From a virus (Duplodnaviria; Caudoviricetes), in IMG/VR virus record IMGVR_UViG_3300026085_000003, positions 1 to 43,831 of that record: a DNA stretch of 43,831 nt. One strand, 5' to 3'. The position numbers and the translations under genes are program-made. This document shows positions 36,492-43,831 of this stretch, piece after piece; within the stretch, counting starts at the first letter, position 1; every line of letters starts with the position of its first letter. Under the pieces are notes generated by a model, which saw nothing but the letters and a program-made list of their open reading frames with translations, did not search any database and was not told the DNA's origin.

Positions 36492-37664
36492 TTACGAGAA
36501 AGATACGTTAGCAGAAGTGATTGACACTTTGCCTAAGTAATCTGCCGCGTTACCTAATGAAGAAGCAGTATTTGAAAGTTCAATGTAACCGTAACGTGTC
36601 ATAAAGCCAACAACTGGTTCAAAAGTTGCTGGATCTAATACAACGCCTGAAGACATTAGAGGAATGTATGGGCAATAGAACGCCGCCGCATCAGCCTCTG
36701 ATGAACCTTTGTAACCAACTAATACTTGGTTGTCGTCTTGACCTGAATCAGCCAAGTAAGCGTCAACGAATACTTTCATTGCGCCGTTTAACGTACCAAC
36801 CATTTTAGTGTTAGTAGGTGCTTCGAACGTACCTTCAGTTGTTCTTGCAAACGCTGAAGTAGTCGCAGATTGTAGGATAGTTAATGCTTGGTTTGAAACC
36901 ACTGCAAAATTACCTGCACCACGTCTTGTTCTAGCCGCGATCTTGTTAGCAACTCTGTTAATTTGAATTGCCAATGCCGCGTGTTCATCACCAACGAAAG
37001 TTGCAGTACCAGATACTGCCGCTTGGTTGTATGTTTCTTCTACAGAAGCAAGTGATCTCAATGAAGCAAGGATCTCTTGGTCGATCTCAGTAGTAATTTC
37101 CTGAGCAAGAGCGGCCATAATTTCCGCTTCAACATCGATACCTTGTTGTGCTTGAGCATCTTGTGCCGCTTCAAAAGTCCAACGAGCAGATAGTTTACGA
37201 GTTTTCGCCTCTACTGCTTGTTTTAAGATTTGAATCGACATTTTCTTACCAGGTGTACCTTCTAACGCCGCAGTGTTATCTGCTTTGTTTGAAGTTTCGT
37301 TACCTGAGTAACCTTCTGCGATTTTGAATGGTGAAAGTGCTTCTTCACCTGCTACCGCTGTGTCATATGACTCAGCATAGCGTACTCTTAGTGTGTGGAT
37401 TTGACCCACAGGGCCTGTCATAGGTTGTACACCAACGATTTCGTTGGCGATAACTGTAGGCATAACCCTTCTGATTACTGGTAGAATGACTCTGTTTAGA
37501 GTTGCTACATTGCCAGCCGAAGTTGCGCCGCTTGAAGCCGCCTCAGCGAGATACTTGCGAGTGTTCTCGAGAGTGACATCCATTACGCTCTTCTTGTGAC
37601 CATTTAGACCTTCTAATAGAGCAGTTTTCGTTTCTGACCAGTTGTTATTGATAACATCTGACAT
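36492..37664 (-). CDS. gp23: Major capsid protein (T4 gp23-like)
   Basis: RRVMP..IA.EIVGVQPMTGP.GQI, AKTRKL.ARWT.EAAQD..AQ.GID.EAE, EITTEID.EI, RTRRGAGNF, FYCPYIPL and P.TFEPV.GF.TRYG. Confidence 0.97.
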   Translation of the reverse strand: MSDVINNNWSETKTALLEGLNGHKKSVMDVTLENTRKYLAEAASSGATSAGNVATLNRVILPVIRRVMPTVIANEIVGVQPMTGPVGQIHTLRVRYAESYDTAVAGEEALSPFKIAEGYSGNETSNKADNTAALEGTPGKKMSIQILKQAVEAKTRKLSARWTFEAAQDAQAQQGIDVEAEIMAALAQEITTEIDQEILASLRSLASVEETYNQAAVSGTATFVGDEHAALAIQINRVANKIAARTRRGAGNFAVVSNQALTILQSATTSAFARTTEGTFEAPTNTKMVGTLNGAMKVFVDAYLADSGQDDNQVLVGYKGSSEADAAAFYCPYIPLMSSGVVLDPATFEPVVGFMTRYGYIELSNTASSLGNAADYLGKVSITSANVSFS

Positions 37665-37680
37665 TTTCTGTCTCTCCTTT

Positions 37681-38766
37681 TTAGTTCAATCCCGCTAATT
37701 TGCGGAGTTCAATTAAGTTTGACTTTTCTTCTATTTGTGTTTCTTTGTTGCCTGTAACTTCTGTGCCTTCGTTTAATGCCTTTCTTTCTGCTCTTGCAGG
37801 ACTTTCATCCTTCATTACAGCAGGAAGATATTTGTCAAACGCTTTGCCCAACTTTTCAGTTTGGACTGATTCCAAAAGTTCAGACATAATTTCTTTTTTG
37901 TCTTTACCTAATGGAGCCAACAACTCATTCATCACTCTTGTACGCTCTGCTTTGTCAGCCGCCGCTTTAATTTCAGCGTCTTTTGACTCCACAATAGTTT
38001 CCTTCTCTGTGATTGTTTTCTTAGCCTCTGCCAATGCTTCATCTTTCTCAGCAACGATCTTCATTAACTTCGCAGTTTCTGATTTTTCGTTTAAGTAAGA
38101 TGTACCATATTCATTAGCAAACGCTTCGAATATTTTTCTGCCAAAATGGTTTTCACGTGCAGACTTAATGTCTTCTTTCAATTGTGAAAGTTCAACAGCA
38201 AGTTTTTTGTTAACTGCATTTTCTACCACTTTAGCGGACTTTTCGATGAAACGTTGTTTTATTTCAGCGAACTTGTCCTTGGCCTCTTTAACAAGTTTAA
38301 CCTTGGTTTCAGCCAGATCCTTTTTGTCTTCTGCAAACTCGTTGATTTCCTTTGCAAGTTGCTTAACAATAAATGATTCAAGTTTAGCATAGTTTTCCGA
38401 TACTTTTTTACGGTCTTCGTTCAACTCACCAACTTCTTGAGCCAATTGTTTCACGACAAATTGTTTTAATAAATCTGAATGTTCACTTACTTGCTTTTTA
38501 TAAGCAACTCTTGCCTCAGCAAGTGCTGACTTATCCTCGGCAAATTCAGCAATTTCAGACTCCAACCTCTCGGAAACCATTTTGTCAATCGCTTCGATCA
38601 TAACACCTTTGTCGTGTTCGTAGCGTTTTGCAAACTCTTCACGAAGTTCAGCAGTAACAGTGTTTTTGTTCTCTTTAACTTTTTCGTCCCAAGCACTAGT
38701 GATTTGTCCGTGGACTTCTTCACTAATTAAGCCTGTTTCAAATAGTTGTTTAAAAACATCACTCAT
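37681..38766 (-). CDS. gp22: Prohead core scaffold protein (T4 gp22-like)
   Basis: Long E/K-rich coiled coil located between the protease and capsid genes. Confidence 0.85.
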   Translation of the reverse strand: MSDVFKQLFETGLISEEVHGQITSAWDEKVKENKNTVTAELREEFAKRYEHDKGVMIEAIDKMVSERLESEIAEFAEDKSALAEARVAYKKQVSEHSDLLKQFVVKQLAQEVGELNEDRKKVSENYAKLESFIVKQLAKEINEFAEDKKDLAETKVKLVKEAKDKFAEIKQRFIEKSAKVVENAVNKKLAVELSQLKEDIKSARENHFGRKIFEAFANEYGTSYLNEKSETAKLMKIVAEKDEALAEAKKTITEKETIVESKDAEIKAAADKAERTRVMNELLAPLGKDKKEIMSELLESVQTEKLGKAFDKYLPAVMKDESPARAERKALNEGTEVTGNKETQIEEKSNLIELRKLAGLN

Positions 38767-38782
38767 TGGCTTTCTCCTTATG

Positions 38783-39412
38783 TTACTGCAAGCCTTTTAT
38801 GACTCGTAGTATCTGTTCTTGTAGATACTTCTGTGCCTTAGCATCTTTCGATACTTCGTGCGCCATCCTAATCGCACTAAGACCACCTTTTGTATTCATT
38901 AGGTGTTCATAGATGGGAGTTGGATAGGCCCCCGGCGCACTTGGTTGTGCCACCACATCAACTGTGATGATTTCGAAATCGCTAACTTCACCACTGGATT
39001 CGTTAACATTTCCACTACCCCTAGATGAGACACCTAGTTTAACGCCGCTTTCCAGCATTGTTTTAACTAGGTTACCCATTGGAGTTGGCAAAATTTTCAT
39101 CTTGCCAAACCCGTTAGGACCGTCCATCCACATATCTGTGATCATATGCGAAACACGGTCTAAATTTACCTTTAAATCATCTGGGTGATCTACTTCACCA
39201 AGAACCGAATAACCACCTGAGATTTGATCCTTTAGGGTCTTTACAGCGTTGCCTATCTCGGAGACAGGGTAAACACGCTGGTTAGCGTTTTTGACACCAC
39301 CCTGAATACAAATGCCCTTTAAATAAAGAGATTTATTATCCCCTTCACCTTGTGACTCTAAAGTAACCTTTGCTTGGTCGAATGTCAAATTCTCACGTAA
39401 GTAAGATGCCAT
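38783..39412 (-). CDS. gp21: Prohead protease (T4 gp21-like)
   Basis: LYLKGI.IQ..VKNANQRVYP, LGEVDHP, VSHMI, ILPTPMG, KLGVSSRGSG and D.VA.PSAP.AY. Confidence 0.95.
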   Translation of the reverse strand: MASYLRENLTFDQAKVTLESQGEGDNKSLYLKGICIQGGVKNANQRVYPVSEIGNAVKTLKDQISGGYSVLGEVDHPDDLKVNLDRVSHMITDMWMDGPNGFGKMKILPTPMGNLVKTMLESGVKLGVSSRGSGNVNESSGEVSDFEIITVDVVAQPSAPGAYPTPIYEHLMNTKGGLSAIRMAHEVSKDAKAQKYLQEQILRVIKGLQ

Positions 39413-39430
39413 TTAGGCTTCCTCCCTTAA

Positions 39431-40339
39431 TTATTCAGCACTCTTTTTAACAGATGCTGGTTTAAAAGTCGAACCTGCTTTTGAACCTGGTTCATTCTCG
39501 TAAGATTTCCCCATATCCTTGGCAGATGCCGTCTTACCGCCCTTTTCTTCTTTGCCTTGGGCAATATTCTTGCCGTCAGCACCAGAGTCGGTACCACCTT
39601 TCGATGCTACTGGACTGGCTTTGTTATCAGCGCCTTCTTTATTAGATGGAGCAGAAACTTTTTCGACATATTCTCTCATAGTTTCGCCAGCGGATTTTTC
39701 TGTTTGCTCATCTTCTACAGCCACTTCTGGTGTAGCAAGTTCGGCTTCTACTGATTCTTCTTCCTTCTCTTCTTCACCTGCTTCGTCTTCAGCACCTTCT
39801 TCGCCTTCGTCGTCGGCTTTATCACCAACCATAGCGTCAAATTCTGCTTTAAGTTCGTCAAGTGCGTCTTCTAAGTCAACAACACGGTCTTCTAAATCTT
39901 CGTGATCTTCTTCGTGATCATCCATTTTGCCGTCGTCGTTAAAATCGTTGTCACCTTCAGCATCAGCATCAACTGCCGCGATCATATCGTCTGCTGGGTC
40001 ACCACCGATTTCTTCGATTGACTCATCTTCGGAAACTTCTTCATCGTCAGTAGATTCTTCAACTTCATCGTCTTTCGCTTCTTCTACAGCGTCTTCGTCG
40101 CTTTCAGTTGCTTCTTCTACTTCGTCTTCTTTTTCTTCAGTTGCTTCTTCAACTGCTTCTTCTTCTTTTTCTGCAGTCTCATCAACTTCCTCGTCTGCTT
40201 TTTCTTCAGACTCGATTAATCCTTGATAGATTTCTTTTGACTTCTCAACAACGATATCGTGAAAAAGTTCTTCTGCTTTTTCTTTTTCTTCGTTGACAAG
40301 AAGGTCTAATAACTGTTCAAATTTTTGTTTATCTGACAT
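39431..40339 (-). CDS. Highly acidic prohead core protein (gp67/gp68 position)
   Basis: Extreme E/D content with repeated VEEA.E units; N-terminus resembles gp67 (A.ELFHDIVVEK); sits between portal and protease. Confidence 0.65.
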   Translation of the reverse strand: MSDKQKFEQLLDLLVNEEKEKAEELFHDIVVEKSKEIYQGLIESEEKADEEVDETAEKEEEAVEEATEEKEDEVEEATESDEDAVEEAKDDEVEESTDDEEVSEDESIEEIGGDPADDMIAAVDADAEGDNDFNDDGKMDDHEEDHEDLEDRVVDLEDALDELKAEFDAMVGDKADDEGEEGAEDEAGEEEKEEESVEAELATPEVAVEDEQTEKSAGETMREYVEKVSAPSNKEGADNKASPVASKGGTDSGADGKNIAQGKEEKGGKTASAKDMGKSYENEPGSKAGSTFKPASVKKSAE

Positions 40340-40385
40340 CGTTTTTCTCCTTCATTTGTTTGTTATAGGCAAGGCTGTCAATACA

Positions 40386-40391
40386 TATTTA
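40386..40391 (-). promoter_or_regulatory. Late promoter box TAAATA for the head operon
   Basis: ttgTAAATAtgt..AAGGAG..ATG. Confidence 0.7.
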
Positions 40392-40392
40392 C

Positions 40393-40413
40393 AAAAAAAC
40401 CAGTTTTACCGGT
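40393..40413 (-). terminator. Possible weak intrinsic terminator
   Basis: ACCGG-UAAAA-CUGGU followed by a U-run, directly before the promoter box. Confidence 0.45.
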
Positions 40414-40453
40414 AGAAATAGGACAAAAAAGCAGTTTTTTAGAGGGTTTGATG

Positions 40454-41035
40454 TTAAAACACCTCTTTTTCGAACTGCTCATATGTAATATTCCTAAAAT
40501 TTGCATTTGTATTTAATACACTAGGGCAAAAGTCACCCTCTGTAATTACCCTTTTATACTGGATATCCGAGTGGGTTTTGACTATTGTTTCGGTTTGTCT
40601 AAGCCAATTACCGTAGTAAGTTGCAGGTTCGTGGCTTTTTTTGTAGTTGGGTGTATCCGCAAAAACGTTATTAAAACGTTTTCCTCCCATTAGTCCTTCA
40701 AAATCAAAACCTAAAATGAATATCTCATTATAGTAATGATCAGATGCTAAACTTAAAGCAGTAGGTCCGCTACTCCAACCTTTATTAGGACTAAAATAGT
40801 GAAGTCCTACGTACTTGTCATATGCTTTGTTGTAATTTGTCCAGACTTGCCCATCTAAATGATAGTTACTGCCAACAATCTCGTGAACCATTTTAGGATC
40901 AACAGCAACAAGGTAGTCAGGAGCGAAAGTTCTATACACTGCATTACAGGCGTATATTTTTCCCTTACCTACCAAGCGGTTAATTTCTAAACGTGAACGT
41001 GACTGTCCGTTCCCCAAGACAAATGCTCTGCTCAT
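40454..41035 (-). CDS. GNGxS-motif protein (DUF115/MptE/Maf/CstII-like glycosyltransferase-related fold)
   Basis: AFVLGNGQSR, YACNA, PDYLVAVD, SSGPTAL.LA and EIFILGFD follow the motif order of this superfamily. Confidence 0.6.
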   Translation of the reverse strand: MSRAFVLGNGQSRSRLEINRLVGKGKIYACNAVYRTFAPDYLVAVDPKMVHEIVGSNYHLDGQVWTNYNKAYDKYVGLHYFSPNKGWSSGPTALSLASDHYYNEIFILGFDFEGLMGGKRFNNVFADTPNYKKSHEPATYYGNWLRQTETIVKTHSDIQYKRVITEGDFCPSVLNTNANFRNITYEQFEKEVF

Positions 41036-41059
41036 AGTAATAATAATTATGTAGGATTA

Positions 41060-41305
41060 TTAAACTGCTGTGCCGTCTTGAATAGGCTGGGCGTACATCA
41101 TTCTCACAAACTCTAATTCTTTTGTTTGTTCAAGTTCGCGAGCCTCTGCAGTTCTTCTTAAGGTATTAATCTGTTTAAGAGTTAATCTAGTTTTTCTAGT
41201 ATCATCGGAATCGATCACAGAAATATCGTTTTCAGGACTGTATCTTTTGTCGTCCTCAAATTTTGATCCATCTTGGCTAAAATAAAAAAATTCTTTTAAC
41301 AGCAT
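41060..41305 (-). CDS. Hypothetical protein, 81 aa
   Basis: DTRKTRLTLKQIN.LR helix; directly follows the portal gene and is preceded by a perfect TATAAATA. Confidence 0.7.
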   Translation of the reverse strand: MLLKEFFYFSQDGSKFEDDKRYSPENDISVIDSDDTRKTRLTLKQINTLRRTAEARELEQTKELEFVRMMYAQPIQDGTAV

Positions 41306-41310
41306 TATAA

Positions 41311-41318
41311 TATTTATA
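41311..41318 (-). promoter_or_regulatory. T4-consensus late promoter TATAAATA (5 nt before ATG)
   Basis: TATAAATA-ttata-ATG; overlaps the portal stop codon. Confidence 0.85.
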
Positions 41319-43011
41319 CTCCTAAGGTAGGTTCTCCACCACCTTCACCTTCGTCTTCTGCTGGTGGTTCAGGTGCATCAGCGCCGGGTTCTGTTGAACC
41401 TAAGTTGTCTAAATCACTTTGAATACCGCCTGGTGTTACTCCAACACCTCTCATTTCAGTACCAGAGCCGATGTTGTTAAAGTCACCTGCGGAGTTTTCT
41501 TCTCTCCACATAGACTCGTTTTCTGCCATTTCTTCTGCACTTAATCCTAAGAAACGTTTAAGTGCAAAACGTTTTGACATATATGGTATTTCTTGTAAAC
41601 TAGCAAACGTATTAACACGAGCATTATCCATTTCACTTTGTCTATATGCCGCAAAGTTCTGTGGAGTGTTCATTTTTAAATCAAATAAATCGTTATCAAT
41701 GTTTAAACCTTTAGAATTAATGTAAAGTTTAAACTCTCTATCAAAGATGTGTTCAATTAAACTTTGTAAACGTTCACAGTATTTGTTAAATCTTAATTCT
41801 TGAATGTATGCTGTGCCAACCCTGCCATCGTTGTATTGTGCGGCACTGTCATCAGCACCTGTTGGTAGATAAGAACTTGGAATACGTAAACCTCTTAACA
41901 GTTTGTTTGTAAAGTATTTTAAATCGTCAATTTCACCTAGGTTAGTACCACCTGGTAATGTTTCTACCTTAGAACCTCTACCTTCAGCCGTTTGTGGGAA
42001 GAAGTAATCTTCGTTAATAGATAAAGGATTAAAACTAGCATCAATTACATTAGTTCCACCACCTGTTGCACTTGGAATACGTCTTTGATGAATTTCGTTT
42101 TTTACTCTTTCAACAAATCCCATAGCAAGGTGGGTTGGCATATTACCTACGTCGATGTAGAACACACGTCTTTCAGGTGCTCTTTGTACACGATAGATAA
42201 TAATTGCGTCTTCTAATAATTCTTTTTGTTTGTAAACTTTAAAAATAGATTCTAATAGTGAATTACCAAATGGATAGTTTCTATCTAATCCTTCACTTAA
42301 ACTTAAATGTACAACGTGTTCTGCTTCAATGGCTACTTGATTCATTGTTTTTTCAAAACGTGAACCATAGTTTTGTGGTCCTGCACCAACAAACCCTCTT
42401 CCAAATGCACCGCCTGATGCATTATAATCAATCTGTCCGTTTGATGCGTTAGCATTAAGTTGTGTAACTGCTAACTGTTGAAAGTTAGGATTAATGTCTC
42501 TAATAACATACTGCTCAGGTTTTTTACCTTCGCTTTCGTTTACAATTACCTTATCAACTTTGGTTGGGTCAACGTGCATCCATTTAAATGTTTCTGGATC
42601 ACGTACAAAGAAAGCATCACCGTACTTGAATATGTTACGAACAATTTTAAAAATACGTCTTTGAAACTGATTCATATCAGTCCATTGTTGTAATGTGCTT
42701 TTTAAAACTTTAACTTCTGATGATGTACCACTTGCTTTGTAATGTAAATGAAAAGGTGTTTTATTTTCGTTGTTTTGTTGTGTACAAAATTCTGATAGAA
42801 TATCCAGTGCCGCGTTTACTTCACTGTCTAAATCCATTGTATCGTACTGACCATAACGCTCAATACGATTAGGATGTCCTGTGTAAACATCTGGTAAGAA
42901 TGATGAATAGTTAGATCTTGCAGGACCGACAGCATCACTTCCTGGAATTGCTCCAAATTTTCCTGATGTGTCTTGTGGTTTATATTCCTGAAAGTATTTT
43001 TTCCAACTCAT
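41314..43011 (-). CDS. gp20: Portal protein (T4 gp20-like)
   Basis: LLEDAIIIYRVQRAPERRVFYIDVGNMP, EDYFFP...EGRGSKVETLPGG.NLGEIDDL.YF..KL..GLRIP.S and ELRFNKY..RLQ. Confidence 0.97.
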   Translation of the reverse strand: MSWKKYFQEYKPQDTSGKFGAIPGSDAVGPARSNYSSFLPDVYTGHPNRIERYGQYDTMDLDSEVNAALDILSEFCTQQNNENKTPFHLHYKASGTSSEVKVLKSTLQQWTDMNQFQRRIFKIVRNIFKYGDAFFVRDPETFKWMHVDPTKVDKVIVNESEGKKPEQYVIRDINPNFQQLAVTQLNANASNGQIDYNASGGAFGRGFVGAGPQNYGSRFEKTMNQVAIEAEHVVHLSLSEGLDRNYPFGNSLLESIFKVYKQKELLEDAIIIYRVQRAPERRVFYIDVGNMPTHLAMGFVERVKNEIHQRRIPSATGGGTNVIDASFNPLSINEDYFFPQTAEGRGSKVETLPGGTNLGEIDDLKYFTNKLLRGLRIPSSYLPTGADDSAAQYNDGRVGTAYIQELRFNKYCERLQSLIEHIFDREFKLYINSKGLNIDNDLFDLKMNTPQNFAAYRQSEMDNARVNTFASLQEIPYMSKRFALKRFLGLSAEEMAENESMWREENSAGDFNNIGSGTEMRGVGVTPGGIQSDLDNLGSTEPGADAPEPPAEDEGEGGGEPTLGV

Positions 43012-43020
43012 TATAATTCC

Positions 43021-43831
43021 TTACATAGATCTTAGTTCTTCTAACTGATCTTTACTAATTCTAATTAACTCGTCCATTTTACCGGCAAGTCCGCCTGATA
43101 CAACGTTATTTACCGGAGTTCCAGAACTTCCTTTATTATTTGATTGTACACTCTCAGCCTGCATCTTGTCAAGTTGTTCGTCGCTCAAACCGGTCATTGA
43201 TTTAACCATTCCGCGACCTTGTTCGTTTATTGCGGTCTCATTTTCCTTGGCATAGGTTTCATATTTCTTGCCCATTTCCTGTGCAGACGATATCATTCCG
43301 CCTAGATCCATTTTTCCTGACTTCATACCAGACATCATATTACCCATATCGCCCTGCATCATATTAAGCATACCGCCGATTGGTGAATCCTTAGGAATAA
43401 CCGCTTCGTTACCGTGCAACATAGCCAATTTGCCCTTGCCAAAGTTTTCAAATAAATTTCCGCCTTTGCCGGTACCAAAGAAATAACTCGGAAGTTCTTG
43501 AATTTTGTCATTTATAAATCCGTCCAAGAATTGGATCATAACTTCTTTGTCAGCACCTTGGTAATTGCTCTCAATATATTTTTTTAATCCATCTTTAATT
43601 TTCTGTTTCGCATCGCCGGATTTAACGCCTTCTTTTTGTAATTCTTCGTATACGGTATCTAGATAACTGCTAATACCCATACCATCAAATATACCCGTTA
43701 GGCCTCCTCGACCTTCACCTGCTACTCCGGCCTGTCTTCTAAACAGATCCTTATCAATGCCAGCGCCGGTGCCTAAAATCTTATCCCACCAACTGTTGTT
43801 AATGGAGCCACCACTTGCAATATTACTTTCA
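43021..43831 (-). CDS. C-terminal part of a probable tape-measure protein (start lies outside the window)
   Basis: The frame is open from the window edge through 43680. FG.GKLAMLHGNEAVIP motif, helical G/M/Q-rich sequence, and terminal KMDELIR..K.QL. Confidence 0.6.
   Translation of the reverse strand, partial: ESNIASGGSINNSWWDKILGTGAGIDKDLFRRQAGVAGEGRGGLTGIFDGMGISSYLDTVYEELQKEGVKSGDAKQKIKDGLKKYIESNYQGADKEVMIQFLDGFINDKIQELPSYFFGTGKGGNLFENFGKGKLAMLHGNEAVIPKDSPIGGMLNMMQGDMGNMMSGMKSGKMDLGGMISSAQEMGKKYETYAKENETAINEQGRGMVKSMTGLSDEQLDKMQAESVQSNNKGSSGTPVNNVVSGGLAGKMDELIRISKDQLEELRSM

Noticed and set aside
40350-40385. Sigma70 promoter from TTGACA upstream of the acidic core gene (also TTGAC near 35535 and 36434)
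   Set aside because: No -10 hexamer at 16-18 bp spacing; the TAAATA box explains these sites better.
5756-43486. Many plus-strand ORFs antisense to the large genes (e.g. 7869-8396, 16265-16690, 37700-38098, 39519-39905)
   Set aside because: They are in-register shadows of strongly biased minus-strand codons (P/V/S/L-rich), with no SD or recognisable motifs.
1-43831. CRISPR array, introns, inteins or homing endonucleases
   Set aside because: No regularly spaced identical DNA repeats were seen. Portal, protease and capsid ORFs are uninterrupted and of normal length.

Overview
This window is part of the virion-morphogenesis region of a large T4-related (jumbo-type) myophage. It is AT-rich, densely coding and almost all on the minus strand. 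Reading the minus strand from the right edge: 3' end of a probable tape-measure protein, portal (gp20), two small inserted genes, an acidic prohead-core protein, prohead protease (gp21), scaffold (gp22) and major capsid protein (gp23). Next come ~20 kb of modular tail/baseplate fibre genes (1023, 2127, 2264 aa) interleaved with small paralogous adaptor-like genes. These are followed by three tandem Gly/Cys-rich adhesin-like paralogs (~11-12% Cys), a tail-assembly-chaperone-like gene, a GT9-like glycosyltransferase translationally coupled to a NodU/CmcH/TobZ carbamoyltransferase, and a 2031-aa structural protein. A plus-strand operon at the left edge (2OG-Fe(II) oxygenase, ADP-heptose 6-epimerase HldD, cupin) converges on this block. 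A TAAATA late-promoter box sits upstream of 14 minus-strand genes; in four cases it is exactly 5 nt before the ATG, implying leaderless mRNAs. The best candidate for an undescribed system is a late-expressed virion-modification module (heptosyl-type GT whose usual catalytic Asp is replaced by Arg, plus a carbamoyltransferase) attached to hyper-Cys-rich adhesins. Other notable signals are a tRNA-sized cloverleaf in a 5' UTR, RBS-occluding hairpins that overlap late promoters, and a repeated 'fibre with hydrophobic C-terminal helix followed by small adaptor gene' pattern. All calls come from motif recognition by eye; no database searches or folding programs were run.
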